64,000 bases of DNA from an uncultured virus (IMG/VR IMGVR_UViG_3300027747_004323) (lineage: Duplodnaviria > Heunggongvirae > Uroviricota > Caudoviricetes): IMG/VR virus record IMGVR_UViG_3300027747_004323; one strand, 5' to 3'. Positions 1-10,626 of the stretch are shown piece by piece. Each line of letters opens with the position of its first letter. The first letter of the stretch is position 1. The position numbers were made by a program, and so were the translations under genes. The notes beneath the pieces were generated by a model. It ran no database searches and had not been told where the DNA came from. It was given only the letters and a program-made list of their open reading frames with translations.

Positions 1-119
1 ATCGCAACACCAAGGTGATCTTCGCACAGCGTGGAGATGAAGATACCAAGATGAGGTTGAATGGTATCGTACATGTGAATCCCACCGGCAACAGGGGTTA
101 CGAGATCACCGGGTTTCAT
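1..119 (-). CDS. small hypothetical protein, M-x-PGDL family (runs off window edge)
   Basis: ATG at 119 reads MKPGDLVTPVAGG... and stays open to the window edge; ATGA overlap with the upstream gene. Confidence 0.6.
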   Translation of the reverse strand, partial: MKPGDLVTPVAGGIHMYDTIQPHLGIFISTLCEDHLGVA

Positions 120-346
120 GGAGATACCTTGTGGCAGAAGATCGAGTTTATGTTGTGTTCACCGGCCGGGGTGAGAATTCGATAGAAGGTTCGAGGGTTA
201 TCCGCCCCGTAGCTTTTTTCCAAAAATTCCTCCAGAAACACAACGATGGTTGGTGAGGTGTACCTGTGTGGTTCTTCTCCTCGAACCCAACCGATTGGAT
301 ACGAATGCGTGCGGGGTATTGTGGTGAGAAGATCACCGGGTTTCAT
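116..346 (-). CDS. small hypothetical protein, M-x-PGDL family (KOW/SH3-like start)
   Basis: 76 aa, MKPGDLL; ATGA-coupled to both neighbours. Confidence 0.65.
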   Translation of the reverse strand: MKPGDLLTTIPRTHSYPIGWVRGEEPHRYTSPTIVVFLEEFLEKSYGADNPRTFYRILTPAGEHNINSIFCHKVSP

Positions 347-534
347 GATGCTGGCCTGAGGTAAGATACGTGGAATCGAAGTTGGCGAAGGGTTGGATCT
401 CCAAGCCTAATCACCCGAACCATCTTTAGTTGGTAGGTGGTGAACCTACCTTGCGTTCCTGGTTGAATATCGGGGCCGATGTACACGTAGAGGGTGTTTG
501 GGGATATGTGGGTGAGAAGATCACCGGGATTCAT
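343..534 (-). CDS. small hypothetical protein, M-x-PGDL family
   Basis: MNPGDLL start at 534 overlaps the stop of the upstream ORF (ATGA). Confidence 0.65.
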   Translation of the reverse strand: MNPGDLLTHISPNTLYVYIGPDIQPGTQGRFTTYQLKMVRVIRLGDPTLRQLRFHVSYLRPAS

Positions 535-791
535 AGGATCGCCTCGAGGTGGTTCATCGGCAACCATCCGGTTTTTCCATCATCGAACAGCGCGTGGATC
601 CAAGCCTCGATCTTTTTGCCATCACCGCGAAAATCTTGTTTGATGGATCGAAGAACCAGGCAGTTGGTGTGGGGTGGAACGTAGAATCCGTGCCCGAATC
701 CATGTGGATCATCCGAGTGCCATGCGCGGTACGAATCGGTGAACACGTTGGGTTCGATCGCCTTTGTTCTGCAGAGATCCCCGGGTTGCAT
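531..791 (-). CDS. small hypothetical protein, M-x-PGDL family
   Basis: 86 aa, MQPGDLC...; ends GKTGWLPMNHLE (SH3-like). Confidence 0.65.
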   Translation of the reverse strand: MQPGDLCRTKAIEPNVFTDSYRAWHSDDPHGFGHGFYVPPHTNCLVLRSIKQDFRGDGKKIEAWIHALFDDGKTGWLPMNHLEAIL

Positions 792-806
792 TCTCGGCCT
801 TTCCGG

Positions 807-1040
807 TCAGCGCTCGATCGATACGAGGCTGTGTGGAGATATGGATCGAACTCCGGTGGGAGTGAGAAGTCGCCCGGCGATTGGATCGAGTACGAGTGCC
901 GGGAACAGCTCAGAATCCCGCAACGTTTTGTGTGACGGCATCTCTATGTAACCTCCGCCGCCTTGACGGCGGGCTGAGGACGAAGGATACACCATGAAGC
1001 CACGTCGTGTGTCATTGAGATACACGTTGCGAAGCAGCAT
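807..1040 (-). CDS. hypothetical protein
   Basis: ATG at 1040 lies 6 nt after a TATAGT -10 box. Confidence 0.5.
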   Translation of the reverse strand: MLLRNVYLNDTRRGFMVYPSSSARRQGGGGYIEMPSHKTLRDSELFPALVLDPIAGRLLTPTGVRSISPHSLVSIER

Positions 1041-1127
1041 TGAAACACTATAACACTCGACAGGAGAAGTTTGCATCTCGGCGAGACGCCCGAAAGAAAC
1101 GAAGCAAACACACAAAATATTTGGTGA

Positions 1128-1937
<810 letters not shown>

Positions 1938-1952
1938 GTCGGTGCGAATGAT

Positions 1953-1994
1953 GTCGGGTCGGATGCCTCGTCGGTGTCCGACCCGACTTCTTTT
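1953..1994 (+). terminator. intrinsic terminator
   Basis: GTCGGGTCGGA...TCCGACCCGAC hairpin followed by TTCTTTT, between convergent genes. Confidence 0.75.
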
Positions 1995-2337
1995 AAGCAG
2001 TTCTACCGAAGTCGTCGGAGAGACGAACGACGTCGTCGAGCTCAGGAGTGGACACCTCGAGGACGTCGACGTCGCTCAACGCCGTCATTCGGTGGACCAA
2101 CCCCGTCGTGATGTGAAAGCAGTCTCCTGCTTCCATGTGGACCTCGTAGAGGGTGTCCTTCGTCTGACCCACTTCGAGGAGGAGGGAGCCACTCTGCACC
2201 ATGATCGTCTCGTCCTTCACCTCGTGATACTGCAGCGAAAGACGCTTTCCCGAGTCGATGTGCAGCACCTTTCCGACGTACTTCGGAGCCTCTGCCCAAA
2301 CCAACTCATATCCCCACGGTTTTTCGATACGTCTCAT
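1993..2337 (-). CDS. cupin-domain protein (mannose-6-phosphate isomerase type II-like)
   Basis: EKPWG...LSLQYHEVKDET...HRM...EVST cupin motifs. Confidence 0.8.
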   Translation of the reverse strand: MRRIEKPWGYELVWAEAPKYVGKVLHIDSGKRLSLQYHEVKDETIMVQSGSLLLEVGQTKDTLYEVHMEAGDCFHITTGLVHRMTALSDVDVLEVSTPELDDVVRLSDDFGRTA

Positions 2338-2852
2338 GTCGATACCAGCCTTTCAGCGACGGTCCTGAGCCATTTCAGCTCGTGCTTCTTGCGCATCTTG
2401 AAAGAGAAACCCGAACGAACGAACATGCGAAGGGCCGCGTCGGGCAACTCCACGAGCTCTTCGAAGGTGTACTTTCGATTGGAAGAGTGCTCCGCCTTCG
2501 TGATGAGGACGGTGGAGTCGTGCTTCCGCCAGAAGTCCCACCACGTGTCGAAGTCCTGCTCCTCACCCCTGAGGATCGACAGCGTCCTGTCGTACCTGTC
2601 CATGCGGTCGCCCACGACGCCGTGGGCACGTTGGATGTTTGTGACCTGCCCCTCCACGGCCTCGAACACCGCTGCCCGCGAGATGTGCGTGGGTCTCCAG
2701 ACGTCCTCACCTTGGAAACCTGCGATCGCCTCCTCGAAGGAGCGCTGGACGCACACGTCCGGAACGATGTTGTCCTGGATGAGGCTCCTCGAAGCGAGGT
2801 AAAATCGCTGAAGCTTCTCCTTCTCGGATTTTGTGGGATTGTCTGCGGGCAT
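2334..2852 (-). CDS. hypothetical protein
   Basis: 172 aa ORF with typical codon usage, coupled to the downstream gene. Confidence 0.65.
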   Translation of the reverse strand: MPADNPTKSEKEKLQRFYLASRSLIQDNIVPDVCVQRSFEEAIAGFQGEDVWRPTHISRAAVFEAVEGQVTNIQRAHGVVGDRMDRYDRTLSILRGEEQDFDTWWDFWRKHDSTVLITKAEHSSNRKYTFEELVELPDAALRMFVRSGFSFKMRKKHELKWLRTVAERLVST

Positions 2853-2868
2853 CTGCGTCTCTTCCTGC

Positions 2869-3138
2869 CTACTTCAGAGGTGGGATCAACGATTCACCCA
2901 TGCATGTGGGTTGTGTGGTCGGGACGGGACACACGGCGACGACCCTGTCGGTCGACCTCCAGTTGAAGCCCCACACTTCGCAGTTGCCTACGCGGAAGAG
3001 CGGCATTGCGCCCATCATCGCCTTCGAGTCCATCGTGAGGTCGCGGTGACGCTCTTCTGCTGCGGCATACGATGCGATCGCGATGAGGCCAATGAAGGCA
3101 CCCCAAGCGAAACCCCTGATCGAGTCCTTGTTGATCAC
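2869..3138 (-). CDS. hypothetical membrane or exported protein
   Basis: N-terminal hydrophobic segment. Confidence 0.55.
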   Translation of the reverse strand: MINKDSIRGFAWGAFIGLIAIASYAAAEERHRDLTMDSKAMMGAMPLFRVGNCEVWGFNWRSTDRVVAVCPVPTTQPTCMGESLIPPLK

Positions 3139-3368
3139 AAAGTCTTCTCCTTGTCGAAGTCCGAAGTCGAAAGAACTGGTTTCGTGAATGCCGCGGCGAA
3201 ATGATTCACGTCCTCGGAAAGCTCCTCGAGAGTCTCTCCGTAGGGCGCCATCGCCGATTCCGTGTACATCGACGGGCGACCCTCCTTGTCGTAGTAGACC
3301 TCGTGGATCCCGAAGTGCGTGATGCCCTCAGAATCCGTGTGTTTCACCACTCGGTAGTTCCACGTCAT
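3135..3368 (-). CDS. conserved phage hypothetical protein (WNYRV...IHEVYY)
   Basis: Recognisable phage small-protein motif; leaderless promoter upstream. Confidence 0.7.
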   Translation of the reverse strand: MTWNYRVVKHTDSEGITHFGIHEVYYDKEGRPSMYTESAMAPYGETLEELSEDVNHFAAAFTKPVLSTSDFDKEKTL

Positions 3369-3400
3369 GATACCATCATATCATGCGCAGCGCAGACTTT

Positions 3401-3670
3401 TCACGCATGGTCGAGCTCACATTTGTCGACCCAGCCCACGACTTCGCCCGAGAAGATCTTGCAGGCGTTCATGCAGACTTCAAGCACGACTGCGAGCGTG
3501 TCCCTGTCGAGTCGTGACACGGGAAGCTCCGATCCAAATGTGAAGGGAGGATTGGGCCATACTTCCACGGTCAGGAAATTGAACGTGGGAACGATGCGCA
3601 CGAGATTTCCTACTCTGAATCGAGGACGATCATTCTTGAGGACATCCAGTGCCACGCTGCCCCTATCCAT
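3401..3670 (-). CDS. hypothetical protein (KOW/SH3-like, FRVGNLVRI)
   Basis: Fills the gap in a minus-strand operon; start uncertain. Confidence 0.45.
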   Translation of the reverse strand: MDRGSVALDVLKNDRPRFRVGNLVRIVPTFNFLTVEVWPNPPFTFGSELPVSRLDRDTLAVVLEVCMNACKIFSGEVVGWVDKCELDHA

Positions 3671-4296
3671 CGCTTGTACTCCGCGGCGTTCGTGTGGATG
3701 CCGTCCTCCAGAGGTATGACGAGATCTTCGGACGCGAAGTAAATAGGAGCTGCAGACTTCACGAGTCGACGAACTTCATCGATCTTTGCAACTTTCTTTG
3801 TGCTGATCGCGGGGGGTCCGATCCACACGACGAAGGCACCGGACTCGTCGATCGTCTTCACGAATTCCTCGAAGAGCTTTGGATTCTTCGACACCGACTC
3901 GAATCCCGCTGCATCGTTCGTGCCGAGCGACACGACCACGAGCGCCGGCTTATTGACCTTGAGGTCCTGCTTGATCCATGTGAGCCACTGTGTAGTCGTC
4001 GTTCCTACCGCAGCATGGGTCACGGCACGATAACCTGCGCCGACCGCGAGCCTCTTGAACTCAGTCGACATCCCGACGGCGAGCGAATCGCCGACGAGCA
4101 TCACGGTGGCACCCTTCTTCAGTGCGGGCTCAGTGAGGACTTCTGAGCAGTCTTCCGCTGTGTCGTCGTGTGAGGGAGGTGCCGAAGAGACCGGTGGAGG
4201 AGGAGGCGTCTCGGAGACGGGTGCCGAGGCATCTGTGACAGGTGTCGGCTTGTTCACGCACGAAGCCATGATGAACAGTGTGAAAAATTTGCGCAT
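3610..4296 (-). CDS. SGNH/GDSL hydrolase, probable lipoprotein
   Basis: GDSL, GTND and DGIH blocks; signal MRKFFTLFIMASC followed by a Pro-rich linker. Confidence 0.8.
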   Translation of the reverse strand: MRKFFTLFIMASCVNKPTPVTDASAPVSETPPPPPVSSAPPSHDDTAEDCSEVLTEPALKKGATVMLVGDSLAVGMSTEFKRLAVGAGYRAVTHAAVGTTTTQWLTWIKQDLKVNKPALVVVSLGTNDAAGFESVSKNPKLFEEFVKTIDESGAFVVWIGPPAISTKKVAKIDEVRRLVKSAAPIYFASEDLVIPLEDGIHTNAAEYKRWIGAAWHWMSSRMIVLDSE

Positions 4297-4366
4297 TTCG
4301 TTCCATTGTAGCATACTTCACTCTCGTTTTTCAATCCACGTCTCGCAGAATAGTTATGATTGACTC

Positions 4367-5527
4367 ATGTCCATATTCAAGGAACACAGGACCAACGCGG
4401 ACCGCGTGGCGTCTGACCGACGTCGTCACAAGCAGAAGATCGACAAGGCGATCCGCGAGGGGATTCATCACATCGTGGCCGACGAATCGATCATCGGAAA
4501 CAACGGAAAGCAGAAGTTCCGGATCCCGGTGAGAGGAATCAAGGAGCACAGATTCGTCTACGGTGACAACGGGAAGCAGGTCGGTTCTGCACCTGGCAAG
4601 GACGTGAAGCGAGGCCAGAAGCTGGGAGGAAAAGAGCGCGGTCAGCCTGCGAGGCCTGACAAGCCCGGCTCAGAGAGCGGTGAAGAGTACTACGACGTCG
4701 AGATGTCGCTGGAGGAGCTTTCGGAGTACCTCTTCGCAGACCTGGGCCTCCCAGACCTCCAGAAGAAGCAGCTCACCAACATCTCCACGAACAAGTTGAA
4801 GCGTAGCGGCTACAGGACGGAAGGCATCATGCCGCGGCTCGACAAGAAGAAGTCCGCGATAGCACGCATCAAGCGCATGAAGGCGGCAGGATTCGATCCC
4901 GAGAAGGCCGAGGAGGGTGAGACGTTTCCCTTCCACGAGGACGACCTCAAGTATCGTCACTACAAGCTGAAGGACGAACCCTGCACAAACGCTGTGGTCT
5001 TCTTCGTGATGGACGTGTCGGGATCGATGGACCAGGACAAGAAGTTCCTCGCTCGCTCCTTCTGCTTCCTCATGTATCAGTTCATTCGTTCGAAGTACGA
5101 GAACGTCGAGGTCGTCTTCGTGACGCACGATATGGAGGCACGCGAGGTGAACGAGAACGAGTTCTTCACGGTGGCGACGACAGGTGGAACGTTCGCTTCG
5201 ACGGGTCTCGAGAAGGTGAATAGCATCGTCGAGGAGAGATTCCACCCCGACGCATGGAACCTCTACGCGTTTCACCTCTCGGACGGAGACAACTTCGACT
5301 CCGACAACGGCAAATACCTCCAGGAGCACTCGAAGCTCGAGTCCATGGTCCAGCTCTTCGGATATTGCGAACTCGAGCCGGAGAGGAGCTACATGGACGA
5401 GCAGAAGCTTTCTAGGATCCTCGCACCGAGGATAAGAGAGAAGTCTCGCTGCATCACTATCAAGAAGAAGGAAGATGTCTGGCCGGCCTTCCGAGAGATG
5501 CTCGGCGCCGCGAAGGAAGGTGTGTGA
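4367..5527 (+). CDS. yeaH: YeaH/YhbH family (UPF0229) vWA-domain protein
   Basis: DRRRH, IPVRGIKE, DDLKYR, MDVSGSM (MIDAS), GGT, WNLYAFHLSDGDN. Confidence 0.9.
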   Translation: MSIFKEHRTNADRVASDRRRHKQKIDKAIREGIHHIVADESIIGNNGKQKFRIPVRGIKEHRFVYGDNGKQVGSAPGKDVKRGQKLGGKERGQPARPDKPGSESGEEYYDVEMSLEELSEYLFADLGLPDLQKKQLTNISTNKLKRSGYRTEGIMPRLDKKKSAIARIKRMKAAGFDPEKAEEGETFPFHEDDLKYRHYKLKDEPCTNAVVFFVMDVSGSMDQDKKFLARSFCFLMYQFIRSKYENVEVVFVTHDMEAREVNENEFFTVATTGGTFASTGLEKVNSIVEERFHPDAWNLYAFHLSDGDNFDSDNGKYLQEHSKLESMVQLFGYCELEPERSYMDEQKLSRILAPRIREKSRCITIKKKEDVWPAFREMLGAAKEGV

Positions 5528-6831
5528 TGGACTACAAGCTGACAGACCTCGAGGAATGGGACGAGAAGATCTGCGCGATCGCGAAAGGTCATGGGCTGGA
5601 CTGGTACGAGATCGAGTACGAGTTCATCGACTTCTTCTCGATGATCGGGGCGATGGCTTTCCACGGCCTCCCTTCGCACTTCAACCACTGGTCCTTCGGA
5701 AAGAGCTTCGAGAGGACGCACCAGATGTACAACTTGGGCATGGAGGGTCTTCCATACGAGCTCATCATCAACTCGAATCCCTCGGTCGCCTACATGATGC
5801 GAGAGAATCCCCTCTATCTACAAATCCTCATAATGGCACACTGTGTAGGTCATTCTGATTTTTTCAGAAATAATAGGACCTTCCAGGGTACCAGACCCGA
5901 CACGATCGTGGGTCGCTGCAGGGCCGCGAAGAAGAGATTCCAAGACTACGTCGAGGATCCCTCGATAGGGATCGACAAGGTGGAGGCGGTCATCGATGCC
6001 TGCCACGCAGTCCAGTTCCAGATACAGCGTCCGGGAATGAGACGACGGACCCGAGACGAGGTGATCGAGGAGCACAAGGCGAGGCTCAAGGCAGATCCCG
6101 AACTTCCCGACATCGACACGACGAGGAATCCCCTCGAGCCCGACTACGACATCCTGGGCTTCATCTCCGAGAACGCGAAGCTGCCCTCGTGGAAGCGCGA
6201 CATCATCGACGTGTGTCGCGACGAGGGACGATACTTCTGGCCACAGATCCAGACGAAGATCATGAACGAAGGCTGGGCATCGTACTGGCACTACACTATC
6301 CTCCACGAGCTCGACCTGCCTCCTGAGCTGCACGTGGCATTCATCAAGTCACACAACCAGGTGATTCGTCCCCACATCGGTGGCATCAATCCCTACCACC
6401 TCGGCTTCCATCTCTTCCAGAGGATCAAGGAGCGAATGGGAATGGACGAGTGCTTCATCGCTCGAGAGGTGCACAACGACGCGTCGTTCTTGAGACAGTA
6501 CCTGAGGCAGGAAGACTGCGAAGACCTCAATCTCTTCTCTTACTCTCGGAAAAGAAGCGGCGACGTGTCGGTCGACGACGTGTCCGACGAGGAAGGCTGG
6601 GAAGAGGTCAGGAGCAACCTCGTGAAGCAGGTCGGCGGCGGATCGATCCCGGTGCTGTACGTCGATGAAGCCAGACGAAACGGCAACCTAGTTCTAGGTC
6701 ACGAACACGACGGAAGAGACCTAGAGCTGTCTGAGACGAAGTCCACGTTGGAGCATTTGGGCTACCTGTGGGACGACAAGGTCATTCTCAACACAATTGT
6801 TGACGGAAAGCTGCACCGAGTCGAGACATGA
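5527..6831 (+). CDS. spoVR: SpoVR/YcgB family protein
   Basis: HWSFGK, YELIINSNP, AHCVGHSDFF, QTKIMNEGWASYWH, NPYHLG. Confidence 0.92.
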   Translation: MDYKLTDLEEWDEKICAIAKGHGLDWYEIEYEFIDFFSMIGAMAFHGLPSHFNHWSFGKSFERTHQMYNLGMEGLPYELIINSNPSVAYMMRENPLYLQILIMAHCVGHSDFFRNNRTFQGTRPDTIVGRCRAAKKRFQDYVEDPSIGIDKVEAVIDACHAVQFQIQRPGMRRRTRDEVIEEHKARLKADPELPDIDTTRNPLEPDYDILGFISENAKLPSWKRDIIDVCRDEGRYFWPQIQTKIMNEGWASYWHYTILHELDLPPELHVAFIKSHNQVIRPHIGGINPYHLGFHLFQRIKERMGMDECFIAREVHNDASFLRQYLRQEDCEDLNLFSYSRKRSGDVSVDDVSDEEGWEEVRSNLVKQVGGGSIPVLYVDEARRNGNLVLGHEHDGRDLELSETKSTLEHLGYLWDDKVILNTIVDGKLHRVET

Positions 6832-6850
6832 GTGTATAATTCGGAGAGGA

Positions 6851-8794
6851 ATGCAAAAGATGAGCGTACGTAAAAACCTTCTGAGCAAGATCGCGGAAGC
6901 AAGATCCAAGTCAGAGTCTGAGAAGAAGTTCAACGGGACTTTGATGGACTACGTTGAGCTCGTGGAGAAGGACCCGACCATCGTGAAGACTGCGCATCAG
7001 CGCCTTTACGAATCGATCACAGAACACGGCTCGTACGCGATGCCCGATTCCGATCCGCGTAAGTTCAAGGTGTTCGACGGCGAGAACATCAAGATCCACA
7101 AGTACTTCGAGGGCGAGTTCTTCGGCATGGAGAACGTCGTCGCGAAGGTGATGTCGTTCCTCGACTCGGCAGCGCATAGAGGTGAGGAATCCCGTCAGGT
7201 CCTCCTCCTCATGGGACCCGTCGGCGCTGGTAAGTCGGCCCTCACGGAGCACATCAAGCGCGCTCTCGAAGGTAAGAAGTTCTTCCACCTGAAGGGTGAT
7301 CCACACCGCGGCGAACCGCTCCAGCTCATCCCACGGTCTCTTCGACCTGAGTTCGAGAAGGAGCTCGGCGTGAAGATCGAGGGTGACATCTCACCTGTCG
7401 CTCGTCACAAGCTCCTCAACGACTTGAAGGGCAAGTACGAGGACTTCGAGGTCGAGGAGAGCTCTTTCTCTCAGCGTGCACGTCGTGGCGTGGCCGCAGT
7501 TCCTCCGATGGACGCGAACTCGCAGGACGTCTCGGTCCTCATCGGTTCGGTCGACATCTCCAAGCTCGACAAGTTTGCCGAGGACGATCCGCGTGCACTC
7601 TCTCTAAACGGTGCGTTCAACGTGGGCAACCGTGGCATCGTGGAGCTCGTCGAGGTGTTCAAGAACGAGATCGAGTTCCTCCACACCATCATCACTGCAA
7701 CACAGGAGAAGAGAGTTCCTTCGCCCGGCAAGTCCGACATGTTGCACTTCGATGGTGTGATCCTCGCGCACTGCAACGAGGCCGAGTGGAACCGTTTCCA
7801 GAGTGAACACACCAACGAGGCGATCATGGACCGCATCGTGAAGGTCGCCGTGCCGTACTGCCTGGAGCTCAACCAGGAGATCAAGATCTACGAGAAGATG
7901 CTCGGTAAGAGCGACTTCAACGTCCACGTTGCACCCCACACCCTCAAGGTGGCATCGATGTTCTCCGTCATGTCCCGCCTCAAGCCCTCGGCCAAGTGTG
8001 ATCCTCTGACCAAGCTGAAGATCTACAACGGCGAGGACGTCCTCGAGAAGGGGCGCGTCAAGAAGGTCGACATCAAGGACCTCCGTGAGGAGGCGAAGCA
8101 CGAGGGAATGGACGGAATCTCCACCCGATTCATCACGAAGGCGATAGACCATGCGCTGTCGAATTCGGACAAGGGAATGGTCACGCCCATCTCCGTCATG
8201 GACTCACTCACGAAGATGGTTCGTGAACAGATCACAGACGACGCATTCAAGAAGACGTGCCTCGAGATCCTCCAGAAGACGGTCCGCGACGAGTATCTCA
8301 AGATCCTCGAGACCGAGATCGCGAAGGCATTCGTCACCGCCTACGAGGAGCAGGCACAGAGCCTCTTCAACTCCTACCTCGACAACGCAGAGGCCTACAC
8401 CACGAGGTCGAAGCTGAAGGACAAGGTCACGAAGGAGGAACGCCTCCCCGACGAGGACTTCATGAAGTCGATCGAAGAGAACATCGGCATCAGTGGCTCT
8501 GCCAAGGACGGTTTCCGAAGCGACGTCACCGCCTACATGTTTGCGAAGATGCGAAGAGGCGACAAGGTCGACTACAAGGCTTATGAGCCACTCCGCGAGG
8601 CGATCGAGGCATACCTCATCAATTCAGTGAAGTCTTTCGCTCGAATCGTGACGAAGTCCAAGTCACGTGATTCTGAACAGCAAGAGAAATACTCTGAGAT
8701 GGTGAAGACGATGATCAAGGACTACGGTTACACAGCCGAGTCTGCAGAAGAGATTCTGGCATACGCTTCGAATCACCTCTGGAGAGACGGCTGA
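6851..8794 (+). CDS. prkA: PrkA/YeaG family AAA+ ATPase (serine kinase)
   Basis: Walker A GPVGAGKS, NRGIVELVEVFK, EAIMDRI, VPYCL, EGMDGISTRF. Confidence 0.92.
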   Translation: MQKMSVRKNLLSKIAEARSKSESEKKFNGTLMDYVELVEKDPTIVKTAHQRLYESITEHGSYAMPDSDPRKFKVFDGENIKIHKYFEGEFFGMENVVAKVMSFLDSAAHRGEESRQVLLLMGPVGAGKSALTEHIKRALEGKKFFHLKGDPHRGEPLQLIPRSLRPEFEKELGVKIEGDISPVARHKLLNDLKGKYEDFEVEESSFSQRARRGVAAVPPMDANSQDVSVLIGSVDISKLDKFAEDDPRALSLNGAFNVGNRGIVELVEVFKNEIEFLHTIITATQEKRVPSPGKSDMLHFDGVILAHCNEAEWNRFQSEHTNEAIMDRIVKVAVPYCLELNQEIKIYEKMLGKSDFNVHVAPHTLKVASMFSVMSRLKPSAKCDPLTKLKIYNGEDVLEKGRVKKVDIKDLREEAKHEGMDGISTRFITKAIDHALSNSDKGMVTPISVMDSLTKMVREQITDDAFKKTCLEILQKTVRDEYLKILETEIAKAFVTAYEEQAQSLFNSYLDNAEAYTTRSKLKDKVTKEERLPDEDFMKSIEENIGISGSAKDGFRSDVTAYMFAKMRRGDKVDYKAYEPLREAIEAYLINSVKSFARIVTKSKSRDSEQQEKYSEMVKTMIKDYGYTAESAEEILAYASNHLWRDG

Positions 8795-8804
8795 TGTCCG
8801 GCCT

Positions 8805-9563
8805 TCACGTCAAATTGACGTAAGCGACCCACTCTGTACGGTCGACGGTGCCGCCTCTGCGGACGTTGGGCACCTTGCGTGTCACGACGGACGTCCAGGC
8901 ATAGTCAGGAAAGTGATCCTGCGCCCCGTCGCCGTACGTGAATACGACGGGATTCGACGTCTTCGAGATCAGGTCGATCGTGTCCGAAGCCTTGTAGGAA
9001 GCTTCGTGATTCTTGACGCGACTCTTCTCTACATAGCCTGCAGTCGTGCCGAGATACGGCGGATCGACGAACAGCAGGTCTCCGTCTTGGTGAACGTATT
9101 CGTTCGCCGATCCGTGGATGACTTCGATGTCCTTAAGCCTAGGCAGGCACAGCGCCGTTTGCTCGTAAGGAAGTCTGTTCTGTGGATATATCTTCCACGC
9201 AGTGAGCTGCCCCACGAGCACTCCCGTCGTGTTGATCCTCACGTAAGTCTGTTGACCGAGGCTGAGACCTAGCATGAGACGGACATCGGGCTTGGTCGGT
9301 GTGTTCGGGTCTATCTTGATCGCTTCCACAGCATCGTGAAGGTCCTTGAGTTCGGACGGAGTCGTCTGCTTGAGCCACTGCCACATCGCGACGATGTCAC
9401 CGTTCGTTTCATATCCCAGGCCAGGAAGGTCTGTCGACAGGAAATAGCATCCGCTCCCGAGGTAGGGCTCCACGATTCTCTTCGTGCCCTGAGGTGGTCT
9501 CTTGTAGTACTTGAGGAGCCTCGATTTGCTGCCGCTGTACCTAAAAAGTCTCGATTGTTTCAT
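8805..9563 (-). CDS. DNA adenine methyltransferase (Dam/D12-like)
   Basis: YSGSK, VEPYLGSG and DPPY motifs. Confidence 0.8.
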   Translation of the reverse strand: MKQSRLFRYSGSKSRLLKYYKRPPQGTKRIVEPYLGSGCYFLSTDLPGLGYETNGDIVAMWQWLKQTTPSELKDLHDAVEAIKIDPNTPTKPDVRLMLGLSLGQQTYVRINTTGVLVGQLTAWKIYPQNRLPYEQTALCLPRLKDIEVIHGSANEYVHQDGDLLFVDPPYLGTTAGYVEKSRVKNHEASYKASDTIDLISKTSNPVVFTYGDGAQDHFPDYAWTSVVTRKVPNVRRGGTVDRTEWVAYVNLT

Positions 9564-9620
9564 TGATGATCTTGCCTCGTATAGTTATTTCCATGAGCAG
9601 TCGTTCACAGGAGGCCCGGC

Positions 9621-10298
9621 ATGAAGAAGTTCGTAGCATTGATGTGTCTGGCTTTCTTTGGGTCGGTAACATGTAGTGGCCAGCATCCAACAGAAAGTCC
9701 CAAGTACGGTAAGAAGGCGATGGTCGAGAGGCTGCAGAAGACGACTGTGGCGCTCGTCTTGCCTGACGACGAAGGAGGACTTCACGCTTACTGCAGCGGC
9801 GTCTGGGTCGGACCAAACACGGTCCTCACGGCGAAGCATTGCATAGAAGACCGACCCATAGTGGGGTACGAGACGCTTGGCGACACTCATGACAAGATCC
9901 CGAAGTTGGGTGTCGTCGTCGCTGTCGAAGAAGACAACGACCTTGCTCTGCTGAAAGTCGACCCAAAGACGATGCCTGAACATCCCGTCGCATTGCTCGG
10001 TGAGGAAGTATGGACGGGAGAACACGTCAACATCGTAGGACACACAACGGGGTACTGGTGGACATACATCGAAGGTGTCGTGTCGTCCTCCGAGCTTCAT
10101 GAGATGGTCAGCAAGGGAAGACGTCCTTACGCAATGCAGGTCTCTTCACCTGCATGGTTCGGAAACAGCGGAGGAGGAGCCTTTGACGATGAGGGTAAGC
10201 TCATTGGAATCAGCTCGTGGATCTCAGTGAAGGCACCAAACGTGTCGTTCTTCGTGCATCGAAGCATGATCAAGGACTTTCTCGAGAAGTATCGCTGA
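9621..10298 (+). CDS. trypsin-like serine protease with signal peptide/lipobox
   Basis: TAKHC, DLALL, GNSGG triad; hydrophobic N-terminus ending in Cys; SD AGGAGG. Confidence 0.85.
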   Translation: MKKFVALMCLAFFGSVTCSGQHPTESPKYGKKAMVERLQKTTVALVLPDDEGGLHAYCSGVWVGPNTVLTAKHCIEDRPIVGYETLGDTHDKIPKLGVVVAVEEDNDLALLKVDPKTMPEHPVALLGEEVWTGEHVNIVGHTTGYWWTYIEGVVSSSELHEMVSKGRRPYAMQVSSPAWFGNSGGGAFDDEGKLIGISSWISVKAPNVSFFVHRSMIKDFLEKYR

Positions 10299-10626
10299 CC
10301 TTCTTTTCCTTGAGGGACTTCTTCACCACGATTCCGTACTTGTCGAGTCCCACGGGACTGAAGACGAACCACTGACCTCGAGTCTCATCGAACGTGTGGA
10401 CATTTTCACCTTCGATCGAAGTCACTGTACACAGTGATTTCTGCATCCTGCCGTCACGGAGACGGACGACCACGAGCTCGTCGCCTACGGATCCGATAAA
10501 CTTTTCGTCTTGGACGGCATCAGGAAGAGCATCCAAGTTCCATTTGGAATTGACCTTCTTTGCCTTCGGCGCGTCTGACTCAGGCTTCTCTTTCTTCTTG
10601 TCTTTGAGAGGCTTTCTAGCAACCAT
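10270..10626 (-). CDS. hypothetical protein
   Basis: 118 aa ORF with SD GGAGGAG. Confidence 0.6.
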   Translation of the reverse strand: MVARKPLKDKKKEKPESDAPKAKKVNSKWNLDALPDAVQDEKFIGSVGDELVVVRLRDGRMQKSLCTVTSIEGENVHTFDETRGQWFVFSPVGLDKYGIVVKKSLKEKKVSDTSRESP

